A DNA stretch of 64,000 nt from Candidatus Adlerbacteria bacterium (GCA_027451965.1 DAIDHJ010000001.1:162368-226367); one strand, 5' to 3'; positions 9,679 through 21,461 are shown, numbered from the stretch's first letter. Made by a program: numbers and translations. The notes: generated from the sequence alone by a model not told the origin.

Positions 9679-10149
9679 ATGCGACGACCAATAAAACGAA
9701 AACACGAACTGAAGCCGGATTTGAAGTACAATTCGCTTCGCGTTGAGAAATTTATTAACTCCGTCATGTGGGATGGAAAGAAATCAACCGCCCGCAAAGT
9801 GGTGTACGATGCTCTTGCTTTGATAAAAGAACAATCAGGTACTGATAATCCGATCGAACTGTTTGATGCAGCAATCCGAAACGTAAGCCCTGCTATGGAA
9901 ATTCGCTCACGCCGCGTCGGCGGCGCAAACTATCAGGTGCCGCGCGAAGTGCGCCCAGAGCGCAAACAAGCACTCGCATTTCGCTGGATTTTGACGGCCG
10001 CACGGTCCCGAAAAGGCATAGCCATGTCGAAGCGTCTTGCAGAAGAACTCTTGGCAGCGTCCCGCAATGAGGGTGCAGCAGTAAAGAAGCGCGAAGATAC
10101 GCACAAGATGGCAGAAGCAAACAAAGCGTTCGCACACTTTGCGTGGTAA
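9679..10149 (+). CDS. rpsG: 30S ribosomal protein S7
   Basis: Contains PDLKYNSLRVEKFINSVMWDGKKSTARKVVYDAL... Confidence 0.95.
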   Translation: MRRPIKRKHELKPDLKYNSLRVEKFINSVMWDGKKSTARKVVYDALALIKEQSGTDNPIELFDAAIRNVSPAMEIRSRRVGGANYQVPREVRPERKQALAFRWILTAARSRKGIAMSKRLAEELLAASRNEGAAVKKREDTHKMAEANKAFAHFAW

Positions 10150-10185
10150 CCCAGAGCGCTTCTGGCGCATTCTAGAGGTAAGTCC

Positions 10186-11175
10186 ATGACTGAACATCTC
10201 CTGCAGCGCCGCATTGTTACGATCGGAGGAGGAAGCGGCGGTTTTGTGGTAAATCGAGGACTGGTGCAATATCCGGTTGCCCCGACCGCCATCTGTACCG
10301 TATTTGATAACGGCGGCAGCACGGGGAAATTGCGTGACGAGTTTGGTTCGCTCCCGCAAGGTGATATTCGTCGCTGTATGCTCGCACTGGCCGACGGCGA
10401 ATATGATACGCTGCGCGCCATTTTCAATCACCGGTTTAACGGCAACGGAAAAGGGTTGTCCGAACATAATGTAGGGAACGTGCTCCTGCTTGCAGCAGAG
10501 CAGTTGTGGGGACCGATTGAAGGGATTCAGCGTGTCAGCAAGCTACTGGGTACCAAGGGGCAGATCCTCCCGATTTCCGTTGATGCAGCTGATTTAATCG
10601 CCGAACTATCCGACCGTTCATTGGTGCGCGGGGAAGCAGCGATCGATACCCGGCCGCTCTCTGACAAGCGCGGCATCGTGCGTGTGGCACTCGAACCTGA
10701 AGCGTTCATTGCACGCGAAGCAGCGGAAGCGATCAAGCAGGCGGAAGTGATTGTGCTTGGCCCAGGAGATCTCTACACCTCGCTCATCCCGAACTTTCTC
10801 GTGAAAGGGGTAGCGGAGTCGATCAGGCTCTCCGGAGCACGGGTTGTGTATGTCTGCAACATTATGACTAAGTATGCAGAGACAAACGGATTCGGTGTCA
10901 TTGATTTTGTAGAGACGCTTTTTCGATACCATATCGGCCGTGACCTGCTCGATGCCATCATCGTAAATAGCGCTCCTATTCCCGATGCGCTTCAGAAGGT
11001 ATATGCCGATACGGAAAAAGCCTTTCCGGTGCGGTACGAGCATACGATGGACGAACTGCTCTCCCTGCGAGCTAAACAGGTAGTCGTTGCTGACGTGCTG
11101 AGCGAGCCGGCACTCAACCAGTCGCTGGTTCGTCATGATTCAGCAAAGCTAGCACGGGTGATCATGGCACTCTAA
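10186..11175 (+). CDS. YvcK/CofD-family (UPF0052, gluconeogenesis-factor / 2-phospho-L-lactate-transferase-like) protein
   Basis: [17 protein letters not shown]...[16 protein letters not shown] is the characteristic GGGTG and DNGGSTG pair of the CofD/YvcK fold. Confidence 0.75.
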   Translation: MTEHLLQRRIVTIGGGSGGFVVNRGLVQYPVAPTAICTVFDNGGSTGKLRDEFGSLPQGDIRRCMLALADGEYDTLRAIFNHRFNGNGKGLSEHNVGNVLLLAAEQLWGPIEGIQRVSKLLGTKGQILPISVDAADLIAELSDRSLVRGEAAIDTRPLSDKRGIVRVALEPEAFIAREAAEAIKQAEVIVLGPGDLYTSLIPNFLVKGVAESIRLSGARVVYVCNIMTKYAETNGFGVIDFVETLFRYHIGRDLLDAIIVNSAPIPDALQKVYADTEKAFPVRYEHTMDELLSLRAKQVVVADVLSEPALNQSLVRHDSAKLARVIMAL

Positions 11176-11242
11176 CGTTGCTTTTTTTATAGAATTTCGC
11201 TATGGTGAGCAGTACGCCTCGGGCGTTTTTCTTTTTGATTCT

Positions 11243-13387
<2,145 letters not shown>

Positions 13388-13437
13388 TTTGTTGATAACT
13401 GCCTCTGGTAGATTCTTGACACCCGTATAATAAAGGG

Positions 13438-14592
13438 GTGTTTCGTTCTACCAAAACATTTTTTGGATATAAAAATCTTGCTGCAAGCATTACTGCTCTG
13501 TTGGTAATAGCAGCTGGAGCCTATTTTGGATTTCTGCATCCCATCGCGCATGCGCAGCAAGCGGGAATTAGCGGTACGGGGTGGAGTAGCACTATTGGAT
13601 GGATCGATATTGGAAGTAATGGATACAATCCTGGTGTAACAGTAAATAATGGTGTTATTTCTGGCGCAGGTTGGAACAACCATATTGGGTGGGTAAGTTT
13701 CAACTCGAATGGCTGTGGTCCTCAAGGACAGGTAAATGCTTCAGGACAGGTAAGTGGTTGGGCGCAAGTGCTCTCGACTGGAGGGTGTATTGATCTGGGG
13801 AGCACTAATCATGGGGATGGACTTACTTTTAGTAACGGAACGCTTTCTGGAAATGCGTGGGGAGGAAACATAGTGGGATGGGTGCAATTCAGTGGTACTG
13901 CATCATGCACACCAAACTATACATGTAGCAATAGCAGCACCAGTGTGTATACCAATAGCCAGTGCCAACAAAGCAGCACCTCGTGCCCTGGTGGCTGCAA
14001 TGCACAAACCGGACAATGTAATAGCTGTACACCTAACTACACTTGCAGTGGTAACAGTAGTGTGTATACCAATGCGCAATGTCAAAAAACAACCACCAGC
14101 TGTCCAGGCAATGGTTCCTGCAGCGCGCAAACCGGTCAGTGTATCTGTACGCCGGGATACGTCTGTTTGGATGCGAATACGAGCGCTTATGTGAACAATC
14201 AATGTGGCCAATCCCAAATTACTCGATGTCAGCTTGGCTGCAATGCACAAACCGGCCAGTGCAACCCTCAGCAAATTGGACCATTGCAAAACAGCTGTTT
14301 GAGCGCTGGTACTCAATGGCCTGTATGTACAGCAAATGCTCGAGTGGATGCCGGTAACACTGAAACTCTGTATTGGCACACTGCGCTTCAGAACAAGATC
14401 ACGTGCAGTCTCGTAGGTACCAACGGTGATTCCTGGTCTCCAAGTACTGCCAATGGGTCGGTAACGACTTCAGCACTATTTACTGCAAACAATAATCCTG
14501 TCACCTACACCATGCACTGCAGCGATGGCGTTGGATATCATTTCGACGCGACGGTACTTATCACCGCAGTGCCGAAGGTGATAGAAAAATAA
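13438..14592 (+). CDS. Secreted/surface protein with N-terminal G/W-rich repeats and three to four ~40-aa six-Cys modules
   Basis: Signal peptide (…IAAGAYFGFLHPIAHA/QQ), repeats xSGxGWxxxIGWIxFxSNG, then modules CTPNYTC…QC…SCPG.C.AQTGQC. GTG start. Confidence 0.6.
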   Translation: MFRSTKTFFGYKNLAASITALLVIAAGAYFGFLHPIAHAQQAGISGTGWSSTIGWIDIGSNGYNPGVTVNNGVISGAGWNNHIGWVSFNSNGCGPQGQVNASGQVSGWAQVLSTGGCIDLGSTNHGDGLTFSNGTLSGNAWGGNIVGWVQFSGTASCTPNYTCSNSSTSVYTNSQCQQSSTSCPGGCNAQTGQCNSCTPNYTCSGNSSVYTNAQCQKTTTSCPGNGSCSAQTGQCICTPGYVCLDANTSAYVNNQCGQSQITRCQLGCNAQTGQCNPQQIGPLQNSCLSAGTQWPVCTANARVDAGNTETLYWHTALQNKITCSLVGTNGDSWSPSTANGSVTTSALFTANNNPVTYTMHCSDGVGYHFDATVLITAVPKVIEK

Positions 14593-14619
14593 TAGTTATT
14601 AATCAATTAACACGTATTT

Positions 14620-14850
14620 ATGCATAGCCTTATTAAAGATTCGTTTCGACAGTTCATCATCTTTTTCCTCGCACTAGGAGCAGTACTCTTAGTCGCAACA
14701 GTAGTGCGTGCGGCAAATTGGACCGGTCCAACTGCGGCATTCCCGGGCGGAAATGTATCTTGGCCAGTCAATTGTAGCGGAACACAAGTCGTGATGACTG
14801 ATGCAAGTGGGAATCTTACGTGCGGTACACCGGTCGCTACCTACAACTAG
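14620..14850 (+). CDS. Small secreted/TM-anchored hypothetical protein (76 aa)
   Basis: N-terminal hydrophobic segment FIIFFLALGAVLLVATVV, followed by two Cys residues. It lies in the same orientation within the island. Confidence 0.4.
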   Translation: MHSLIKDSFRQFIIFFLALGAVLLVATVVRAANWTGPTAAFPGGNVSWPVNCSGTQVVMTDASGNLTCGTPVATYN

Positions 14851-14871
14851 TACGCATACTTATTTGATTTT

Positions 14872-16194
14872 ATGAATGTACGAACTTTTCTCACCTCTCT
14901 TTTGTTTATAGGTGGTAGCATGCTTTACGGCGTGCTGCTTCCCATGACGGTACATGCCGCAACGGAGACCTATACAGCTACAACATCGCAACAGCTGCCA
15001 GTTGCAAATGTGTACATTCATAACGTTACGATTGTTAATCGAACCAGCAACTCATTTACCGTTTTTTTCTATATCGGTAATGGGCAAGGCGCTCAATCAG
15101 ATGTGAAATATGGTGTGCAATTGTTCCAAGCAGGTCCTAAGGGTTCACAGGTATTGGCAGATGAGTATATTGCCAATGACACACTCTCACTTACCTCAGG
15201 AGCGCCAATGGTAGGTCATACACTTACCTACACTGCTCCAGCCTTTTTCTCTGGTACCTATCAGGTATGGGTTACCGCAGAGAACTCGAATGGATTTCCG
15301 TATAGCGCGGTGCCTGCCGGTACAGTCACTTTTACCCCCTCAGTGAAGGGGTATATAGAAATTATCCAACCCACTTGCCTTCTTTCGGTGATGGGGGATC
15401 CTACGCACGCACAGTATTCATCGCAGCAGGGCGTTGATGTGCTTCCCACGGAAAAACTTATTGCTACCTGTCAGGCTACGAATCATTTCAGTACTTCCCA
15501 AGCAGTGCAACCTCACTTTGAGACACGATATCGTTCGCAATATGGTTCTGTTCTTCCATTCTTCCAATCTCCTGGTGCCACCACAACACTTGCTGCAAAC
15601 AAGACACAAACGATTTCATTTGTTCTGCCTAATGCACAGGTCCCGCAAGCGTATGAGGTTAGTGCTTGGTTGACCGATGGTACAGGAGCAACTATCTCTA
15701 ACAAGGCATCATTCCACTATGTGGTTGCCGGACCTTCCGGTACGATTCAAAATGCAATTTTGGATAAAAATCAGTATGGAATGGGAGATACAGCACACGC
15801 GACCATTACTTGGACGCCATCAGCAGATTCATTTCTGAACTCTCGCTACGGCAGTAGCACTACTGAGATGTTGAACATAGAAGCAGTACTATCTGCTGCA
15901 AGCTCAAGTGTGCCCTGCGGCGCTCCAGTAACTGTGCAAGTGCCTGCTTCAGGGCTTACTACCACAATTGCAATGCCGCTCACTGCATCATGTATAAATC
16001 CATCGTTACTGGTGACTCTCAAAGATGCAAATGGAAATGTACTTGATCAAAAAACGTTTACGGTCACTTCTCCTATTTCTTCTGCATCGCCGCGCATGTT
16101 TGAAATCGTATTAGCGGCAGTGATCATCCTTTTGATTCTGTACGGAGTGTTGCACACTGCGTATACGCATAAGAAAACCAGTCCGGTAGTATGA
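14872..16194 (+). CDS. Surface protein with signal peptide and C-terminal TM anchor (440 aa)
   Basis: N-terminal FLTSLLFIGGSMLYGVLLPMTVHA and C-terminal FEIVLAAVIILLILYGVL…HKK anchor. No recognisable catalytic motif. Confidence 0.55.
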   Translation: MNVRTFLTSLLFIGGSMLYGVLLPMTVHAATETYTATTSQQLPVANVYIHNVTIVNRTSNSFTVFFYIGNGQGAQSDVKYGVQLFQAGPKGSQVLADEYIANDTLSLTSGAPMVGHTLTYTAPAFFSGTYQVWVTAENSNGFPYSAVPAGTVTFTPSVKGYIEIIQPTCLLSVMGDPTHAQYSSQQGVDVLPTEKLIATCQATNHFSTSQAVQPHFETRYRSQYGSVLPFFQSPGATTTLAANKTQTISFVLPNAQVPQAYEVSAWLTDGTGATISNKASFHYVVAGPSGTIQNAILDKNQYGMGDTAHATITWTPSADSFLNSRYGSSTTEMLNIEAVLSAASSSVPCGAPVTVQVPASGLTTTIAMPLTASCINPSLLVTLKDANGNVLDQKTFTVTSPISSASPRMFEIVLAAVIILLILYGVLHTAYTHKKTSPVV

Positions 16195-17618
16195 TTAGAA
16201 CAGTAGTAAAAATGAGTATGCACCTATCTTATTCTCGATACGCTCAATATCTAGCAAGTTTTGTGATGTTCCTTGTTGTTGCGGCCGCATTTCCACACGC
16301 AGCTCGGGCGCTCACTATCACTCCTATTTTCTATGACCCAAGCAACTACAATCACACCTTCGTTGCTTCTACACTAACCGCAGATACAAATCAGAGCGCC
16401 TATTGTCCTGGACAACCGATAACCGTATCTGGTATACGGCCGTTTGGTGCCACCTGCGGCAATGGTAACTATGCCGATGTGGTGATGGTCGTTAATGGGT
16501 ACACATTACCGCAAACGAGCAATGTAACCTGTCCATATACCGGCGTTACCTTTTGTACTGCGTACACGGTGCAGAGTCAGCAGGTGTGCTATGACGTCTG
16601 CAAGCCAACGAAGTATCCTGATATACAAACTTGTACTACGAAATGCACTACTGAAAACGTAAAAGTTTGTAATTCAGGTGCTACTGCGAGTTACTCTGTT
16701 TGCAATGAAACAGATGTATCCAATATTGCTACAGCAAATCCTTCTTGGTATGTGCTTTCCATAAACGAAAATCCGCTTAACTGGCAATACTCCTTTACTG
16801 CCCCACCCACTCCTGGTACATACCAACTCCCTATCACCCTCTATCTCACTAACCTAGCTCCTCCTAATAACGTGAATTGGACGCAGGTGAACACCTCTCT
16901 CTCGTACACTGTTAACTCTTGTGCTAACGTCTGCTCCATTGCATCACTCCCTTGGACAAAAGGGCAGCGCCTAGCAGCTAGACAGCTGGTGTCTGCGAAC
17001 GATTTCAACACCCTTGAAGGTGGCGTGCAGACCATATGGGATAGTGCATATAACGCGGGACTTCTGCTTGGATCTTTTGTAAATAGTCCATTCTGGTCTT
17101 CCAATGCCAATCATGGAACTCCAATAAAAGCTCAACCGCTAGCTGAACTGGTATCAGCTCTTACAGTAATCAATAACAATTGTCCAAACGGCTCATCTTT
17201 GTCGAATCTTCCACAATTTGTTCCCGGTGCTCCAGTAAAAGCAGCAGATTTTAACGGTCTTCGCAGTGCTATCGAAGCATTTGCTCCAAAACCATCTACT
17301 GCTGATGATATAACCGTATTTAGTGTTGCAGGTGTTGATGCTGCGATATCAGGAACAAATATTTCTGCAACAGTGCCCTACAATACGAGCGTTACAGCAC
17401 TAACTCCTTCTATAACTGTCTCAAATGGAGCAACGGTAAGCCCTGCATCTGGTGTAGCACAGAACTTCACTAACCCTGTTTCTTACAAGGTAACCGCTGC
17501 GGACGGAGTAACTAGCAAAACCTACACAGTAACCATATCAATCGCCTCTGCGCCAACTGGCGGTGGCGGAGGAGGGGGCGGTGGCGGAGGAGGGGGCGGT
17601 GGCCACTTACTTAACTAA
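16191..17618 (+). CDS. Secreted Cys-rich protein with C-terminal Ig-like beta-sandwich region and terminal Gly15 tail
   Basis: Signal-like N-terminus, many Cys, a C-terminal TVFSVAGV…YKVTAADGVTSKTYTVTIS region, then GGGGGGGGGGGGGGGHLLN. Its ATGA start overlaps the upstream stop. Confidence 0.55.
   Translation: MIRTVVKMSMHLSYSRYAQYLASFVMFLVVAAAFPHAARALTITPIFYDPSNYNHTFVASTLTADTNQSAYCPGQPITVSGIRPFGATCGNGNYADVVMVVNGYTLPQTSNVTCPYTGVTFCTAYTVQSQQVCYDVCKPTKYPDIQTCTTKCTTENVKVCNSGATASYSVCNETDVSNIATANPSWYVLSINENPLNWQYSFTAPPTPGTYQLPITLYLTNLAPPNNVNWTQVNTSLSYTVNSCANVCSIASLPWTKGQRLAARQLVSANDFNTLEGGVQTIWDSAYNAGLLLGSFVNSPFWSSNANHGTPIKAQPLAELVSALTVINNNCPNGSSLSNLPQFVPGAPVKAADFNGLRSAIEAFAPKPSTADDITVFSVAGVDAAISGTNISATVPYNTSVTALTPSITVSNGATVSPASGVAQNFTNPVSYKVTAADGVTSKTYTVTISIASAPTGGGGGGGGGGGGGGGHLLN
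17559..17603 (+). repeat. Tandem 18-nt repeat (ggcggtggcggaggaggg x2.5) encoding poly-Gly
   Basis: The tract was read directly at the 3' end of the 16191..17618 CDS. Confidence 0.8.
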
Positions 17619-17630
17619 ATACAAAGCATA

Positions 17631-17666
17631 ATGCCCGGTATCAATCTTGATACCGGGCATTTTTTG
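17631..17666. terminator. Bidirectional rho-independent terminator between convergent genes
   Basis: 12-bp perfect stem atgcccggtatc/gataccgggcat with loop aatctt, followed by ttttt. It lies between the stop at 17618 (+) and the stop at 17678 (-). Confidence 0.7.
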
Positions 17667-17677
17667 CGATGAACGGA

Positions 17678-18871
17678 CTAGTTGGTAGCGCTATAGCACA
17701 CGATGCCGGGCTGGGCGAACCCTGTCGGCGGCGTGACGAGGCTCCAGGTCGTGCCATCCGTCGTGCTCAGGACTTGCGTTACGTCGAGCGGTGCAACCAG
17801 AGCTGCCGCGATTGATGATGACGCAAAGAGCTCGAGTTGACCGCAAGCCATTGTCATTGGTATTGGAATCCCCTCGAGATTACCCGCCGGGTAGTACGGG
17901 GGGTAGACAGTTGGCTCCGTGTTCGACGTTGTTTCCTGGAAGGGCATGTAGAACACGGGATTGGTGTTTTCCGTATTGGTCGGATCCAGACCACCACAGG
18001 AAGTTGCCGGCGGTTGATTCGTACAGAGTACGAATCGAACATTGTTGTTCAAAGCGCCGAACCCTTGCTGGGTGAGATCCATCCCGGTACCGAATTCCGG
18101 AAATGGCGATTGGACCAAGGGGTACACATGGCCGTTGCAGCACCCGTTGCTGTTGCTAGGTGCTTCATTGACGTAGAACGTCACAGGTTGGAACCCTTTT
18201 CCACTGGTGCCGATGTATTGCCACCCGCCGACCGTGAGTCCAAGACTTGTCACCGTCGGACAGTTGTTCGGCGCAGCACACGACGGTCCGATAATCTCAT
18301 TCGAGCTCGTGAGCACCTGAATGGTGCCTGTGGGGCTCGATGAGAGGGACACGTTTGCGCTGTTGAGATTCAGGAATGAAGCGGTACCGTTTTGGACGAC
18401 CGCCCAGATTCCTGCGTCACCGCCGTAGTCGTTGGTCAGCTGAAATGTCGCGGAAATGGACGATCCATTGTCCACGAGGTTGGTCGGTGCGGTCCAGTAG
18501 TTACCTTGCACGCCGGCGCGCTGTCCGGTACTGGCGACGTAGGGATGGTTGGGATCGCAGTAGTGCGAATCGGATTCCTGCGGAATCTGAGACGCACTCG
18601 TAATGTATCCGCCTCGGTAGGCGCATTGCACCACGCTGGTGATGCCGGCGTAGGCGCTTTTTTGCACCGTCACCGTCACGGTTTGCGAACCACCTTGTCC
18701 GGGGTAGGTTACCTGAACGGCCGCGCTCGGCGGCGGAGAGGTCGGAGGTGCGGTAGGGGGCATCGTGCTCGGGGGTGGCGGCAAAACGCTGCCTCCGCCT
18801 CCACTGCTGCCACCACCACCACACGCGGCAAGCGCTGCAACCAGCAGTGTGCCAATCAGTAGATTGCGCAT
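17678..18871 (-). CDS. Lipoprotein with Pro-rich linker (397 aa), function unknown
   Basis: Signal plus lipobox LVAALAAC, then GGGGSSGGGGS and PPPPSTMPPTAPPTSPPPS, followed by a Cys-containing globular region. Confidence 0.6.
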   Translation of the reverse strand: MRNLLIGTLLVAALAACGGGGSSGGGGSVLPPPPSTMPPTAPPTSPPPSAAVQVTYPGQGGSQTVTVTVQKSAYAGITSVVQCAYRGGYITSASQIPQESDSHYCDPNHPYVASTGQRAGVQGNYWTAPTNLVDNGSSISATFQLTNDYGGDAGIWAVVQNGTASFLNLNSANVSLSSSPTGTIQVLTSSNEIIGPSCAAPNNCPTVTSLGLTVGGWQYIGTSGKGFQPVTFYVNEAPSNSNGCCNGHVYPLVQSPFPEFGTGMDLTQQGFGALNNNVRFVLCTNQPPATSCGGLDPTNTENTNPVFYMPFQETTSNTEPTVYPPYYPAGNLEGIPIPMTMACGQLELFASSSIAAALVAPLDVTQVLSTTDGTTWSLVTPPTGFAQPGIVCYSATN

Positions 18872-19002
18872 GGTATTGCTATTCCTTTCTTCGGAAGGGA
18901 GGGGTGTAACTAGTCGTTCTCAAAGAACGAACAGTGATCTGGCGAAAGCATATATATAATTTCCTATTTTGTCAAGTAATGCCCGGAAATCAGCCTACTA
19001 CA

Positions 19003-19030
19003 TTGACTCACCTAGCGTGTCTGTTACAAT
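19003..19030 (+). promoter_or_regulatory. Sigma70-like promoter candidate for tuf (TTGACT-N16-TACAAT)
   Basis: The hexamers were read ~80 nt upstream of the tuf ATG. A mirror TTGACA-like element on the minus strand at ~18970 would serve the divergent lipoprotein gene. Confidence 0.35.
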
Positions 19031-19110
19031 GCCTATAACGCATTCGTGCGTGGTTTTTCTTTTGGCTCTAAAAAGCGCGTACTTATTAATCATTTATTCA
19101 CTTAGCATTT

Positions 19111-20316
19111 ATGGCAGCAGACACATTTGAACGAAATAAGCCGCACGTGAACGTTGGTACCATCGGTCACGTCGACCACGGTAAAACAACGCTTACCGCA
19201 TCCATCCTCCACACGCTCGACATGGCGAAGGATCAAGGATTCGGCGCACGCGTGGAAGGGGTAGAGGGTATTGATAACGCTCCTGAAGAAAAGGCACGTG
19301 GTATTACCATCGCACTCCACCACTCTGAGTACTGGACTCCAGAGCGCCATTACGCGCACATCGACGCTCCAGGCCACGCAGACTATATCAAGAACATGAT
19401 CACCGGTGCCGCACAAATGGACGGTGCGATTCTCGTCGTTGCAGCAACAGACGGTGTGATGCCGCAGACGCGTGAACACATCCTTCTTGCAAAGCAGGTA
19501 GGTGTGCCGCGTATCATCGTATTTCTCAACAAGGTAGACATGGTAGACGACAAGGATCTAGTTGATCTTGTCGAGGAAGAAGTGCGAGATCTCCTTACCA
19601 AGCAAGGATTTGACGGTGCAAATACTCCGGTCATCCGCGGTTCCGGTCTCAAAGCACTTGAAAGCAAGGACATCAACGACGAATGGTCTCAGAAGGTGCT
19701 TGAGCTCGTCAAAACGCTTGACTCATACATCCCGCAACCAACCCGCGAACTCGATAAGCCGTTCCTCATGCCGATCGAAGACATCTTCTCTATTGAAGGT
19801 CGCGGTACGGTAGTTACCGGAAGAATTGAACGCGGTCAGGTAAAAGTCGGTGAAGAAGTGGAAATCGTCGGTCTCCAGCCAACTACCAAAACGACTATCA
19901 CCGGTATCGAAATGTTCAACAAGCAGCTTGAATCAGGACAGGCCGGAGACAATGCCGGAATCTTGCTGCGCGGTACGAAGAAAGAAGACGTACATCGCGG
20001 TCAGGTGCTTGCAAAGACAGGTTCCGTAACCCCACACACTGAGTTTGAAGCAGAAGTATACGTGTTGAACAAGGATGAAGGAGGCCGTCACACACCATTC
20101 TTCAGCGGATACAAACCACAGTTCTACATCCGTACGACGGACGTAACCGGAGAGGTAACACTTGCAGCAGGAACAGAAATGGTCATGCCGGGAGACACCG
20201 TTACCTTCAAGGTAAAATTGACTGCCCCTGTTGCTCTTGAAGAGAAGCAGCGTTTCGCTGTTCGTGAAGGAGGTAAAACCGTAGGAGCCGGTGTGGTTAC
20301 CAAGATAGTTGCCTAA
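19111..20316 (+). CDS. tuf: Elongation factor Tu
   Basis: [17 protein letters not shown]…[13 protein letters not shown]…DAPGHADY…NKVDMVDD. Confidence 0.97.
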   Translation: MAADTFERNKPHVNVGTIGHVDHGKTTLTASILHTLDMAKDQGFGARVEGVEGIDNAPEEKARGITIALHHSEYWTPERHYAHIDAPGHADYIKNMITGAAQMDGAILVVAATDGVMPQTREHILLAKQVGVPRIIVFLNKVDMVDDKDLVDLVEEEVRDLLTKQGFDGANTPVIRGSGLKALESKDINDEWSQKVLELVKTLDSYIPQPTRELDKPFLMPIEDIFSIEGRGTVVTGRIERGQVKVGEEVEIVGLQPTTKTTITGIEMFNKQLESGQAGDNAGILLRGTKKEDVHRGQVLAKTGSVTPHTEFEAEVYVLNKDEGGRHTPFFSGYKPQFYIRTTDVTGEVTLAAGTEMVMPGDTVTFKVKLTAPVALEEKQRFAVREGGKTVGAGVVTKIVA

Positions 20317-20722
20317 TACAAAAGTACCTATGCCGACGCGCGCAAAAACCACCACAGACACAGAAACAAAGAAAGCGGCACCTCGCCGCACGCGCGCAAA
20401 GGCAGCGGTTGCAGCACCACAGAAACTGCGCATCAAAGTACGTGCCTACGAACACAAGGTACTCGATATGTCGGTACGCCAAATCGTAGAAACCGCACTT
20501 CGCTATGATGCCGATATTGCCGGACCTATTCCGTTGCCGACTGAGATCAAAAAATACACGGTAAACCGTTCTACGTTCATCTATAAAGATGCACGTGAAC
20601 AGTTCGAGATGCGGGTGCATAAACGCCTCATCGATATTCTCAATCCTTCTCAAAAAGTTATTGAAGCGCTTACCAATCTCTCCTTACCATCAGGAGTGAC
20701 CATCGAAGTGAAGATGATCTAA
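20309..20722 (+). CDS. rpsJ: 30S ribosomal protein S10 with ~30-aa basic N-terminal extension
   Basis: The core [24 protein letters not shown]…[17 protein letters not shown]…[18 protein letters not shown] matches S10. The track ORF starts at a TTG overlapping tuf. The first ATG is at 20330 ([27 protein letters not shown]…). Confidence 0.9.
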   Translation: MPNTKVPMPTRAKTTTDTETKKAAPRRTRAKAAVAAPQKLRIKVRAYEHKVLDMSVRQIVETALRYDADIAGPIPLPTEIKKYTVNRSTFIYKDAREQFEMRVHKRLIDILNPSQKVIEALTNLSLPSGVTIEVKMI

Positions 20723-20728
20723 TCCAGA

Positions 20729-21313
20729 ATGGAGCACTTGAAACGAGAAAAAACATTCGTTCTGATTAAACCAGACGGAGTCCGCAAGGGGCTCATTGGT
20801 GAAGTCATTCGTCGTTTTGAACAACGAGATCTCAAGATTGTTGCATTGGAAATGTTCCAACCCACGCGACAAATGATTGATGAGCACTATCCAAAAGATA
20901 CTGCATGGATTGAACGGGTGGGAGGAAAAACCCTAAGCACGTACGAAAAGTACAATGTTAATCCTGTAGAACAGCTTGGTACTGATGACCCGCTTACTAT
21001 TGGGAACATGGTACGAGAATGGCTTGTTGACTATATGGTATCAGCACCGTTGGTACGCATGGTGGTAGAAGGAGCACATGCTGTTGATGTGGTACGCAAA
21101 ATTGCTGGCCCTACACTTCCGTATGCCGCAGAAGTAGGTACCATTCGAGGTGATTTTTCCATTGATTCTCCTGCAATTGCCAATAGCGAAAAACGCGCGG
21201 TTGCCAACATTCTGCACGCTTCTGAAACACCCCAGGAAGCAGAACACGAAATCAAGCACTGGTTTGGGAATGCAGTTATTCACTCCTACAAGCGTTTCGG
21301 CATCGACGAGTAG
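20729..21313 (+). CDS. ndk: Nucleoside-diphosphate kinase, a long form with an internal insertion
   Basis: FVLIKPDGVRKGLIGEVIRRFEQRDLKIVALEM…ANILHASETPQEAEHEIKHWF (NDK His-loop). At 194 aa it is longer than the usual ~140 aa. Confidence 0.8.
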   Translation: MEHLKREKTFVLIKPDGVRKGLIGEVIRRFEQRDLKIVALEMFQPTRQMIDEHYPKDTAWIERVGGKTLSTYEKYNVNPVEQLGTDDPLTIGNMVREWLVDYMVSAPLVRMVVEGAHAVDVVRKIAGPTLPYAAEVGTIRGDFSIDSPAIANSEKRAVANILHASETPQEAEHEIKHWFGNAVIHSYKRFGIDE

Positions 21314-21461
21314 TGCTGTGCTACAATAGGCGCAGACTGCTCAGGCACATGTCCGTACGTGTTATCAGGGAATGCGTTGTCGCTGTATCACCGTGGTGAT
21401 ACACGTAGCATACCCACCTGGCATAAAAGCCGACACGTGCTTGCGCAGTCAAACAAAGTGT

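Noticed and set aside
9272-9691. 139-aa ORF on the minus strand.
   Set aside because: It is entirely antisense to rpsL/rpsG.
13405-13437. TTGACA…TATAAT-like hexamers upstream of the Cys-rich protein gene.
   Set aside because: The spacer is only 4 nt, so it is not a functional sigma70 promoter as read.
18392-18862. Several Arg-rich + strand ORFs (156, 75 and 107 aa) at 18376..18959.
   Set aside because: They lie inside and antisense to the GC-rich lipoprotein gene. The composition-driven open frames have no start context.
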